This document shows positions 20,821 through 29,512 of a stretch of 64,000 bases of DNA, piece by piece. The stretch is from a virus (lineage: Duplodnaviria; Caudoviricetes): IMG/VR virus record IMGVR_UViG_3300008267_000012. The stretch is one strand, 5' to 3'. Numbering within the stretch: the first letter of the stretch is position 1; each line of letters begins with the position of its first letter. Under the pieces are notes generated by a model. The model saw only the letters and a list, made by a program, of their open reading frames with translations. It ran no database searches and had not been told where the DNA came from. The translations under genes and the position numbers were made by a program.

Positions 20821-22635
20821 TTATTCTTTTATTAATCTATCTAATTCCGCAGTCTTTTTAAATATTTCTTCACTTAAAAAACCAGCACCACCTGTAGCAC
20901 CACCACCACCTGCTTCAGCACCACCCATTGGAGGTGTACCACCGCCCATATCAGCACCGCCACCCATAGGAGGTGCGCCACCTCCCATATCAGCACCACC
21001 TAATCCACCACCAAGACTATTATCTAATTGTTGTTGTTCTGTATTAGCTTGTTGCCCTTGTGCATCGGCAACACTAAATCCTGCATTTTTATACTTAATC
21101 ATTTTATCCATTAATCCTGATGATTTAAGTAACATACCAGAACTCTTAACTTCTTCACCAATCTTAGATTCAAGCATTTGTTCTTGAAGGTCATTAATAA
21201 TATCTTCTTCAGACATATGGAAAAATTTCTTTTTACCCATAAGTTCTGACATTGGTTTTAATCCTGTATTTTGATTTGGTGTTGTAGCAGCTTGATATAC
21301 TTCTAATTTTGTTTTCCAAATTTCAAGTTGTAATAAGTCAGATGCTGTTGATGGGTTATTAAGAGATAATTTAAAATCATCAATATATGATTCATAATCA
21401 CCACCAAGCAATCCCAAATGTATAATAGCAATCTTATTAAGTTCACCAAGTAATGCTTGTTGAATACGATTTACTTTTCTTGCAAAACGAATATCAAGCA
21501 TTGATAAATTTTTACCTCCACCTTCACCTGTTGAATCAGATGAAAAACCAAGCAATGTTTTATGAATACCTAAACCTGTAAATAAATTATCACGAAGATA
21601 ATTAATATCAGATATTGCCTCAAGATTAGATGCACCTGGAAGTGTATCAACAAAATTACCCGATGTATTACCTCTGTCAGCAATGAAGATATCTTCATCC
21701 ATTGAAGCAATATTATATTTAAAGTTAATATCACCTGTCTTAGGGTCAACTAATTTCTTTTTCTTTACATTGTTAGCGAATGCTTCAAGAATTTGTGGAA
21801 CATCTTCAGGTGGAACATTACCAACAGGAACTTTATAAATTCTTCTTTCTGCTGCTCTTGTGATACGATACACCATCATAGCATCTTCCATCATAAAAAG
21901 TTGCTTATATGTTCTTCTTACTTTTTCATATACACTACAACCATATGGAAGTCTATCACCTGTACCCAATAATCTAAAGTGTGCAACTTGATAATCTAAA
22001 TATTCTTCTTCACCACCAGAATTTGGGTCTTTGTATTTAAAGAATGCTCTAAATCTATTTTTAGCATCATACTTTTCATTTCTTTCAACAAATTGTGATG
22101 CAAGTTGTCTAAAATCCACAATACCATTTTCTTTTGATAATTCTAAAAAAATAAAATTATCCCCATATTGGCACATATTTCTACACCAATAAAATATATT
22201 TGTATTGATATCCATAACTTTATAAAAGAATCTTTCAAGTTCTTTTTTAACTTTATCAGATGAACAATAAATATTTAAAATTTGTCCTGTATCACTTTTA
22301 GTTGTTGTTGCTTCTTCAGATAATAAATCTAATGCTGCACCTAAAATTGGATACCCATCCATTGATAAATAATCATAGTAGAGCATCATTCTACTAGATT
22401 CATACATCAATTTACGTTGGTCGTTACCCTTATCAATTTTGGTGCTTTGAGTTCTATAAAACTTTATCGCACCATCTTCCACAGCTTTTTTTGTAGCTTC
22501 TTCTTGAGAAGCAGCAGTAATAAATTCTTTTTGAACAGGTGCTTCATATCTACCTTGTGTGCTATCCAAAGCATCAGTTGCTCTTCTAAAGAAAGTATTA
22601 ATGTTTGAAAATAAGCCTTTATTATCTTCTGCCAT
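20821..22635 (-). CDS. Portal protein (T4 gp20-like)
   Basis: LPYGCSV.E..RR.YKQL.MMEDAMMVYRITRAAERRIY.V.VGN, EDIFIA.RG, TLPGA motifs; Gly-rich tail. Confidence 0.93.
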   Translation of the reverse strand: MAEDNKGLFSNINTFFRRATDALDSTQGRYEAPVQKEFITAASQEEATKKAVEDGAIKFYRTQSTKIDKGNDQRKLMYESSRMMLYYDYLSMDGYPILGAALDLLSEEATTTKSDTGQILNIYCSSDKVKKELERFFYKVMDINTNIFYWCRNMCQYGDNFIFLELSKENGIVDFRQLASQFVERNEKYDAKNRFRAFFKYKDPNSGGEEEYLDYQVAHFRLLGTGDRLPYGCSVYEKVRRTYKQLFMMEDAMMVYRITRAAERRIYKVPVGNVPPEDVPQILEAFANNVKKKKLVDPKTGDINFKYNIASMDEDIFIADRGNTSGNFVDTLPGASNLEAISDINYLRDNLFTGLGIHKTLLGFSSDSTGEGGGKNLSMLDIRFARKVNRIQQALLGELNKIAIIHLGLLGGDYESYIDDFKLSLNNPSTASDLLQLEIWKTKLEVYQAATTPNQNTGLKPMSELMGKKKFFHMSEEDIINDLQEQMLESKIGEEVKSSGMLLKSSGLMDKMIKYKNAGFSVADAQGQQANTEQQQLDNSLGGGLGGADMGGGAPPMGGGADMGGGTPPMGGAEAGGGGATGGAGFLSEEIFKKTAELDRLIKE

Positions 22636-22675
22636 AATTAATAAAATACGTTTTTCTTAAATAGATATAAATATT

Positions 22676-24454
22676 TTATCTGACAAATATGTAAGGATTA
22701 TTATTAATCTTTGGTGTTTGACGTTCAGGTACATCTATACTATTACCATTTGTATACCAATCCTTTCCTTTAAGCATGTCATTCTTTCTTTCATAGTTTG
22801 CATCTTGACCATCTTGACTTAACATTTTCTTTTGGAATTCAGTACTTGCATCAGTAAATTCATCACCTTTTCTTACTATTGCTGATTTAGCATAATTCAA
22901 ATAAATATTGAATTCATTCCCAATTGTTTTAGAAAACATATATACAGCAAATAACATACCTGTTGCAATCAACAAGTCATCGTGTGCTGAACGCATGTGG
23001 TCATATCTATTTGTATTATCATTAAATACAAATGTCTTGATTTCACTAAGTAATCTAATTGAGTGAATTAATGCTTCACCCTCTCTTAATCTTCTTTCAA
23101 ATTCTCTAATAACATAATCACGAATAGCACCACTCTTCATTGTGAAACCTGGCTGTAACTCACCTCTTTGTAAATTCTTTAATTGAATTTTTACATCGTT
23201 TTGTCTTGGTCTATCGTAATGTATTTTTTTATATTTATTATTTACCAAATATCTAATAACTGATATACCCCAACCCCCTGTAACATCTATAATTACATAT
23301 GCATTATTATACTTTTGACCATATTGTAAACATAACTCACCCATTACTTCAAGTGGAACTCTTGATTGATATTCCGCTACTTGAACAAGTAACATGTTTA
23401 CAGCATCATTTTTAAATATTTGAATTGTAGAATAGTCACCATCACCACTACCTTTTGCAACGTCACAAGATAAATAATAATCATATCCAAATATTGGGTC
23501 TTCCCATATCCAAAAATTATTATCATATTCAGTTCTAATTGGTTCTTTACAAGTTTTTTCAATTCTCATAATGGTTTCCTCATCAACAAGGTTACCACCT
23601 GAACCCAAGAATTTATTTTCTAATTCTTGTGCAATTTTTCTTGGGTCATTGTTAAAGGTTTGACACATATCCCTAAACCAAGAAGATGATGGTCTATAAC
23701 CACCAACTCTTAATTGCATATATTTTTCAGGGTCTTTTTCTTCAACAAATTCATCACCTCTAATCCAAATCAAATCTTCATTGTAACGAGGGTCTTCAAA
23801 CCAATTGATTTCAACAACTTTAAAGTTATTCTTACCTGTTCTTGCCCCTTCATAACGAGCATAATATGTTGGGTCAAGACCTCTTGGTGTAGAGTTTAAT
23901 ATAATCTGACCACCTGCTGACATTGTACCTGATGCAGATGACATAAATTCTTCACCTTCTTCAAGGAACGCTGCTTCATCTATAAATAATATATCAGGTG
24001 TAAATCCCCTTAGACCATCGGCAGATGCTGCGAAAGCCTGTAGTGTTGCGCCATTGTTATAAATCTTAATCTCTTTTGTATCTGAATCAGTTGGTATTCT
24101 ACCAAATATTTCTCTTGGTAGATTATTAATAATGGATGCAATCTGATAGAAGATACTTTCCTTTGCAAGTTTTAATTTGTTAGCTGCAACACCAACTTTA
24201 ATATCCTTTCTAAAAACAATTGAATGTGCTAAATAAAGACAAGTCACAGTAGTAATGCCACCCTGACGATATTTTGCAACTAAAACTCTGTTACTTTCTT
24301 TGTATGTTTCTAATACTTGACTTTGTTGTGGCAATAATTGAAAAGAAACATACTGTTGTTTTTTCTTATCCCAAACTTTACAATATTTTCTTGCAAAGTA
24401 CTCTATATCAATAGCGCACTTGGCATACTCCATCATTAACTCATTTTTAGTCAT
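22676..24454 (-). CDS. terL: Terminase large subunit (gp17-like)
   Basis: Walker A-like KYRQGGITT, Walker B ILFIDEAAF, STPRG coupling motif; nuclease DVAKG.G.GDYS and HDDL. Confidence 0.93.
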   Translation of the reverse strand: MTKNELMMEYAKCAIDIEYFARKYCKVWDKKKQQYVSFQLLPQQSQVLETYKESNRVLVAKYRQGGITTVTCLYLAHSIVFRKDIKVGVAANKLKLAKESIFYQIASIINNLPREIFGRIPTDSDTKEIKIYNNGATLQAFAASADGLRGFTPDILFIDEAAFLEEGEEFMSSASGTMSAGGQIILNSTPRGLDPTYYARYEGARTGKNNFKVVEINWFEDPRYNEDLIWIRGDEFVEEKDPEKYMQLRVGGYRPSSSWFRDMCQTFNNDPRKIAQELENKFLGSGGNLVDEETIMRIEKTCKEPIRTEYDNNFWIWEDPIFGYDYYLSCDVAKGSGDGDYSTIQIFKNDAVNMLLVQVAEYQSRVPLEVMGELCLQYGQKYNNAYVIIDVTGGWGISVIRYLVNNKYKKIHYDRPRQNDVKIQLKNLQRGELQPGFTMKSGAIRDYVIREFERRLREGEALIHSIRLLSEIKTFVFNDNTNRYDHMRSAHDDLLIATGMLFAVYMFSKTIGNEFNIYLNYAKSAIVRKGDEFTDASTEFQKKMLSQDGQDANYERKNDMLKGKDWYTNGNSIDVPERQTPKINNNPYIFVR

Positions 24455-24469
24455 GGGATTTTATCTTAA

Positions 24470-24907
24470 TTAGTCCTCAAACTTGATATCATTGTTTCTT
24501 AATACCTCACGAACATCATAATATGAATCGCCATATCTAAAAACAACAAGACTTTTGTTTAATGAAGACATCTTTCTATAATCCTCAACATATTCCCAAG
24601 CAAGAGCAACAACACCAAATACTGCATCAAGCATTCTAAATTCTGAAGAATCCACAATACAATCAAATTCAATTGAATCTGATGTAACTTCCATTACCTT
24701 TTTAATGAATCCCTTTCTTGGTGGATATACACCTAAGTCACATACATCTTCCCATTGAGGACCAATACAATCATCAGGATTATTTGAAAAAATAAATTCT
24801 AATTTTTGTGAACCATTATGAGTTTCACCGACAGGATTTACATAAACTAATTTTAAATCACTTTCTTGAACCTTAATAGGTTCAATATTAATATATTCTT
24901 TTTCCAT
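24470..24907 (-). CDS. Hypothetical protein upstream of terminase
   Basis: 145-aa ORF in operon with terL; no motif proving it is the small terminase. Confidence 0.55.
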   Translation of the reverse strand: MEKEYINIEPIKVQESDLKLVYVNPVGETHNGSQKLEFIFSNNPDDCIGPQWEDVCDLGVYPPRKGFIKKVMEVTSDSIEFDCIVDSSEFRMLDAVFGVVALAWEYVEDYRKMSSLNKSLVVFRYGDSYYDVREVLRNNDIKFED

Positions 24908-24919
24908 AAATAATAATAA

Positions 24920-25330
24920 TTAAGATTTCTTTTCTAAGAATCTAGTAAAGAAATCATCTAATTTCTTAGTGTGTTCATTTAAGTTTTGAAGCGTTGCTTC
25001 TAATTTAGTAATAGCTTCTGTATTTTTTTGAATCATTAACTGAAACTTATCATTATTTTCTTTTTCAGAATCAAACAATTCATCAATTAAATTAGTCATC
25101 TTAGTATCAGAATTTTCTAATATTGCAATCCTTGTTTTAATTTCACTAATATCTTCGGCTATCTTATCAAAACTTGTTTTTTGATTTTTTTTATCTTCTT
25201 CTAAACTATTAATTTTATTTTGTAATACAGGTATTACAAAAACATAAGTTAAAATAGTACCAACTATTGCTGACAATGCAGCAAAAATTATTTGTGTACT
25301 TGGTACTATTTGTAAAAGAATTAAAAACAT
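24920..25330 (-). CDS. Membrane-anchored coiled-coil protein (holin-like candidate)
   Basis: N-terminal TM segment (IIFAALSAIVGTILTYVFVIPVL) followed by heptad-rich helix. Confidence 0.45.
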   Translation of the reverse strand: MFLILLQIVPSTQIIFAALSAIVGTILTYVFVIPVLQNKINSLEEDKKNQKTSFDKIAEDISEIKTRIAILENSDTKMTNLIDELFDSEKENNDKFQLMIQKNTEAITKLEATLQNLNEHTKKLDDFFTRFLEKKS

Positions 25331-25331
25331 A

Positions 25332-26480
25332 TTAAACTAATTTTCTTTTAATATTTTCAATTAAAATAGTTCTCTTTCTTTTTTGAATTTCTTGTTGCAA
25401 CTGTTCTTTTAATAATTTTTTAGATTCGGCTTTTAATTGCTTCAAGAAACTTTCATCCAATTTTTCCGTTGATTCTTCTTCAGCAGCAGGTTCTTCAGCA
25501 GGTAATTCTTCAATAGGTGCTTCCTCTTCAGCATCATTAGTACTAATTTCCGAACCTTGCATTTTTTTGTAGAATGATTCAACAACTTTATCACCAACTA
25601 ATTTAAATCCTTCAGGACCAATAGCAGTAATAAGACTATTCATTGCATTTTTAATATCTTTTTCATCAAATTGCTCTTTATCTTGAAGGTCATTAATAGT
25701 TTGACCAAGTTTACCAACAGCTTCTTGGAATTCTTTTTTAGGGTCAGCCTCTTCAGCAGGTGCTTCAGGAGTTGCAGTAGTATCAGCAGCAGGTTCTTCA
25801 ACAGCAGTAGCATCACCTTCAGGAGCAGCAGTAGCATCACCTTCAGGAGCAGCAGTAGCATCGGCAGTAGGAGTAGCACCACCTTCAGGAGCAGCAGTAG
25901 TTTCTGCATCAGGTTCATTCATACCACCTAAAATATCATCTGCTATTTTTGTTGTTGATTCAGCACCTGTTTGAGTTGTATTAACAGGAGCAGCAGGTTC
26001 AGCAGCAGCATCAGCGGTTGCATCAGCAGCAGGTTCAGCAGCAGGTGTTTCTTTTTGTTTATCTAAATCACTTAAAAGTTTAGATTCAGGGTCTTCTTTT
26101 TCTGTATCTTCATCTTTTTCAAGAAGTAGTCTTAATTTGTGTGCATTATTTTGCGCTTCACAAATGAAAGACATTTTATTAGTTGCCTTTTCAAAAGAAT
26201 TAAATTTCTCAATACCAAAAGTAGTATTCAATCCATCCAAGTGTTTAAAATCAGTAGGATTAGTACTTCCCTTTTTAGAAGTATACTTTAAATAATAAGT
26301 TTTATTTTCATGAATAATACCAAAAGTATTACCATCCAAAGTTTTTTGAATCTTTAATAGAGAAGGTTTTAATTCTACCTTTTTATCAGTATCAATAGCT
26401 AACCTTTTAAAGTTTTCAGCAATCTGTTCTTTAGTTGCTTTCTCTCTACTAATTCTACTTGCGTCTGCTCTTTTAATCAT
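25332..26480 (-). CDS. Hypothetical acidic Ala/Pro/Glu-rich protein (probable internal head protein)
   Basis: 382 aa with low-complexity middle and tandem AAPEGDAT repeats. Confidence 0.6.
   Translation of the reverse strand: MIKRADASRISREKATKEQIAENFKRLAIDTDKKVELKPSLLKIQKTLDGNTFGIIHENKTYYLKYTSKKGSTNPTDFKHLDGLNTTFGIEKFNSFEKATNKMSFICEAQNNAHKLRLLLEKDEDTEKEDPESKLLSDLDKQKETPAAEPAADATADAAAEPAAPVNTTQTGAESTTKIADDILGGMNEPDAETTAAPEGGATPTADATAAPEGDATAAPEGDATAVEEPAADTTATPEAPAEEADPKKEFQEAVGKLGQTINDLQDKEQFDEKDIKNAMNSLITAIGPEGFKLVGDKVVESFYKKMQGSEISTNDAEEEAPIEELPAEEPAAEEESTEKLDESFLKQLKAESKKLLKEQLQQEIQKRKRTILIENIKRKLV
25802..25862. repeat. 24-bp tandem repeat (2.5 copies) in coding sequence
   Basis: CAGCAGTAGCATCACCTTCAGGAG at 25802 and 25826 plus a partial third copy. 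Confidence 0.85.
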
Positions 26481-26510
26481 TTTATTATAAATTTTTATTT
26501 ATTTTATTTA

Positions 26511-27035
26511 TTAATACCTTCTTCTTTTTTTACTTTCATTTAAAGTTTCACCTCTAACACCAGTTTCTCTTAAAGCTTCTAATACAGCTTTTGTTAGTGA
26601 CATTCTACCTAATTTAGGGGCTAAATTTCTAGTAAACACACTAGCTTCTAATCCATCACTTAATTTACCTGATTTAATTAAACCCTTTTCAATTACACTA
26701 AGTAAAGAATCTCTATTACCTCCTGCTGCAAGACCTTTATCAATTAAATCAAATAACCAATCCATTAGTTTACTATTACCACTACCTAAACCACCTTGTG
26801 TATCAACAATTCCTTCTTTTAAACTTTTTATTTTAGAAAGTTTTCCTTTCAACATTTCATTTTCTCTTTGAAGAGACTTCACTTTTTCTTCAAGCATTTT
26901 CTTCTTTGTTTGTTCAAAAATTTGATTAAAATCAACTTCATCTAAATGTTTTTTTGTGTAACCTTCTTTAAAGAGTTCTCTCTTAGCTTGAACGAAATTT
27001 TCAAAAACTAAATTATATAGCTGTTTGTTAGTCAT
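26511..27035 (-). CDS. Hypothetical protein
   Basis: 174-aa ORF with late-type motif variant upstream. Confidence 0.6.
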   Translation of the reverse strand: MTNKQLYNLVFENFVQAKRELFKEGYTKKHLDEVDFNQIFEQTKKKMLEEKVKSLQRENEMLKGKLSKIKSLKEGIVDTQGGLGSGNSKLMDWLFDLIDKGLAAGGNRDSLLSVIEKGLIKSGKLSDGLEASVFTRNLAPKLGRMSLTKAVLEALRETGVRGETLNESKKRRRY

Positions 27036-27053
27036 AACAATATTTTATTATAA

Positions 27054-28022
27054 TTAGTTAGAATTTATAGAAAATACGTTATTTACTATTTCTTTTTTAT
27101 TATCCTTGATAATATCAAATAGTTTATTATTTCTCAATACTTTAAAAACTAAGTTATTTACTGAAAACTCACCTTCTGTCTGTGTTGCTTCACCACGTTC
27201 TTTCTTAATCTTTTTAAGTACTTTATTATAACTCTCCATCTTCTTTAATGAATCTTCCATCATTGATATCTTATTAAAGATATCTAAATACTTGTTAACT
27301 TTTTGGGTAACTAAATGCCTATCAACTTCAGGTAATTTATACTTTGGTTTCTTAATCCATTTGTTATCAATTATTGAATACATTGCGCTTTTACCCACAG
27401 TCTGTTCATTTATATCTTGAACATATATTTCAACAGGATATGAACCAATCTTTACATCATTTGATACTTCCCATGCTGCTCTCTTTTGTAAAAAATAATT
27501 CATTACAAAATCAACATCATCTGAAACATCTTTATAATCAATAACAATATGTAAATCAATATCAGATGAATCTGTATAATTATAATTTGCTAAACTACCT
27601 GTAAAGATTATATCTTTTAATTTTACCTTTGAATCTAATTCTAAACTATTAAAATAGTATTTACCAAGATTTAAAAGATTTTTTCTGATATTACTTTTTA
27701 AATGATTATTCAACCAAAATTGAGGATTTAAACTTTTATGATATTCAATCTCAACATCTGATTTTAATTTAGATGGGATATTTTCTTCTTCTAATTGTTT
27801 ATAAATTGTTTCTTCCAACTTTGCTTTTTTAAGTTTAGTATAGTATTTTGGATTCTCAGATAAATGGTCCATAGCAATTTCTTTTGCTTGTTTTTTATTA
27901 TCAGTATGTTCCATTTCAGTTTTAATACCCAACTTTAGTTGTGATGTTAAATCCACAATAGAAACTTTATGTTTTTTAGCAATTTTTGGCAATGTTAATT
28001 TGTCTGCTTTACCTCCTTTCAT
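27054..28022 (-). CDS. DUF5661-like domain fused to Pol-beta-superfamily nucleotidyltransferase
   Basis: N-terminal GIKTEMEH...IAMDHLSENPKYYTKL; then GSLANYNY..SSDIDLHIVID (GS..DxD) and VEIYVQD. Confidence 0.7.
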   Translation of the reverse strand: MKGGKADKLTLPKIAKKHKVSIVDLTSQLKLGIKTEMEHTDNKKQAKEIAMDHLSENPKYYTKLKKAKLEETIYKQLEEENIPSKLKSDVEIEYHKSLNPQFWLNNHLKSNIRKNLLNLGKYYFNSLELDSKVKLKDIIFTGSLANYNYTDSSDIDLHIVIDYKDVSDDVDFVMNYFLQKRAAWEVSNDVKIGSYPVEIYVQDINEQTVGKSAMYSIIDNKWIKKPKYKLPEVDRHLVTQKVNKYLDIFNKISMMEDSLKKMESYNKVLKKIKKERGEATQTEGEFSVNNLVFKVLRNNKLFDIIKDNKKEIVNNVFSINSN

Positions 28023-28080
28023 TTGAAAAATCGTATTTTATACATATAACTAGAAAAAAACTATTTATAATAAAAATAAT

Positions 28081-28548
28081 ATGTTTAGATATAATCAAAA
28101 AAATGCAAATAGAGAGGTTGATGAACTTAAAAAATTGTTAGCAATAACAAAAGGTATGAGAACACCTACTAAATCAATCTCTTCATCCTTTTTAAGAGAA
28201 GCTGTTGATATGTTAGGTCAACCAACTGACCCTGCTGCTACACAAGGTACTCAAGATGCACCTGCTGTTGATATGACAACACCAGAAGAAATGGCTGATA
28301 CTGATGCACAAAGTAAATTTGAAAAAGCAACAAATGATTCAAAAGTAACTGAATTATCCGATAAACTTGTTAAAGCTGAAAAATATGAAGGTAAGTTAAA
28401 ATTTACATATGATATTGAAAAAGATAAACCTACAGTTACAATTCCCGATGAACTTGAATTAGATGATGATGCATTTACAACATTACAAAAGGTTAAAGAA
28501 TATTTTAAAATTTGGAAAGACGAGAGCGAAAAAACACCATCTGCATAA
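28081..28548 (+). CDS. Hypothetical protein (late-type motif upstream)
   Basis: 155-aa ORF; ACTATTTATA at 28060. Confidence 0.6.
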   Translation: MFRYNQKNANREVDELKKLLAITKGMRTPTKSISSSFLREAVDMLGQPTDPAATQGTQDAPAVDMTTPEEMADTDAQSKFEKATNDSKVTELSDKLVKAEKYEGKLKFTYDIEKDKPTVTIPDELELDDDAFTTLQKVKEYFKIWKDESEKTPSA

Positions 28549-28899
28549 ATGAATAATAATATTTTACAAATAGTTTTATTAATTATTGTTACAATAATAC
28601 TATCTGTATTACTTTATTTTGTAAATGATAAAACTGATAAAAATACTGATGATGTTGTAAAGACTTCTCAAGAAGTTGAAAACATTAAAAAAGAAACAAG
28701 TGATTTTAAAATCAGATATCAAATTTTAAAGAAAGTAAATGATTCAATATTTTTACTTATTGATAAACAAAATATTAAAATAATTACATACAATAAAAGA
28801 ATAGCACAATTAGAAAAAAATGAAGAAGATATTAAAAAGATTGTTGGTAGTATTGATGATAGTACCCTTTATAAGTTACTCTCAGAAGTTCCCTACTAA
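28549..28899 (+). CDS. N-terminally anchored coiled-coil membrane protein (i-spanin-like candidate)
   Basis: Single N-terminal TM followed by helical periplasm-like domain; overlaps the next gene. Confidence 0.45.
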   Translation: MNNNILQIVLLIIVTIILSVLLYFVNDKTDKNTDDVVKTSQEVENIKKETSDFKIRYQILKKVNDSIFLLIDKQNIKIITYNKRIAQLEKNEEDIKKIVGSIDDSTLYKLLSEVPY

Positions 28900-29263
28900 A
28901 ACATTAAAACCTATAACTTTTACAAAAGAAAAGGATAATTATTTATATACTTTTAATACTGACCAAACTAAATTTTTTTATGAAACTAAAATGTTATACG
29001 ACATTTGTAATAAAAAAACTTTATATAAAGATTCCATAATTAATGCTAAAGATAAAGTAATTGAACAAATAACTACCTTAAATAAAGATAATAAAATAGA
29101 ATTAGATACTTGTAATTCATTAGTGATTAGACAATATAATTTAATAAATAAACAAGATAGTCTAATTACTGCTCAACATGACATTATTGATAAAAAGAAT
29201 ATTAAACTATCCTTTCTTGGTGGCACAACTTTAGCAATTATAATAGCTATGTTGCTTCTTTAA
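28820..29263 (+). CDS. Exported protein with signal peptide and C-terminal TM (spanin-partner candidate)
   Basis: MKKILKRLLVVLMIVPFISYS|Q signal peptide; C-terminal hydrophobic LSFLGGTTLAIIIAMLLL. Confidence 0.45.
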   Translation: MKKILKRLLVVLMIVPFISYSQKFPTKTLKPITFTKEKDNYLYTFNTDQTKFFYETKMLYDICNKKTLYKDSIINAKDKVIEQITTLNKDNKIELDTCNSLVIRQYNLINKQDSLITAQHDIIDKKNIKLSFLGGTTLAIIIAMLLL

Positions 29264-29454
29264 ACAGCATCACCCCAAGTACCTTTCCTATTCCAAAGTA
29301 CTCTAAATAAATTAGATAAAGTTTTTACTGTAACCTTTTTGATTTCATTTTCAGTAAATTTACCTTTAACGACTTTCTCAATTTCTTTTTCAAGAAATGG
29401 TTTAAGTTCTTTTACAATCTCTCTTTTTAAAGATTCTTCCTCTTTTTTAGTCAT
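29260..29454 (-). CDS. Small hypothetical protein
   Basis: 64-aa ORF with plausible helical sequence. Confidence 0.5.
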   Translation of the reverse strand: MTKKEEESLKREIVKELKPFLEKEIEKVVKGKFTENEIKKVTVKTLSNLFRVLWNRKGTWGDAV

Positions 29455-29512
29455 TTAAACTTTATTATTTTAATATAATTAGTTGTTTGTAACTATTTAA
29501 TAAAAACCTTAT

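Noticed and set aside
20795-21187. Pro-rich + strand ORF
   Set aside because: Antisense shadow of the Gly-rich portal C-terminus.
17273-25900. Low-complexity coding repeats (scaffold DEEEMDDS, portal GGADMGGG, AAPEGDAT) as regulatory repeats
   Set aside because: In-frame linker expansions explained by protein sequence.
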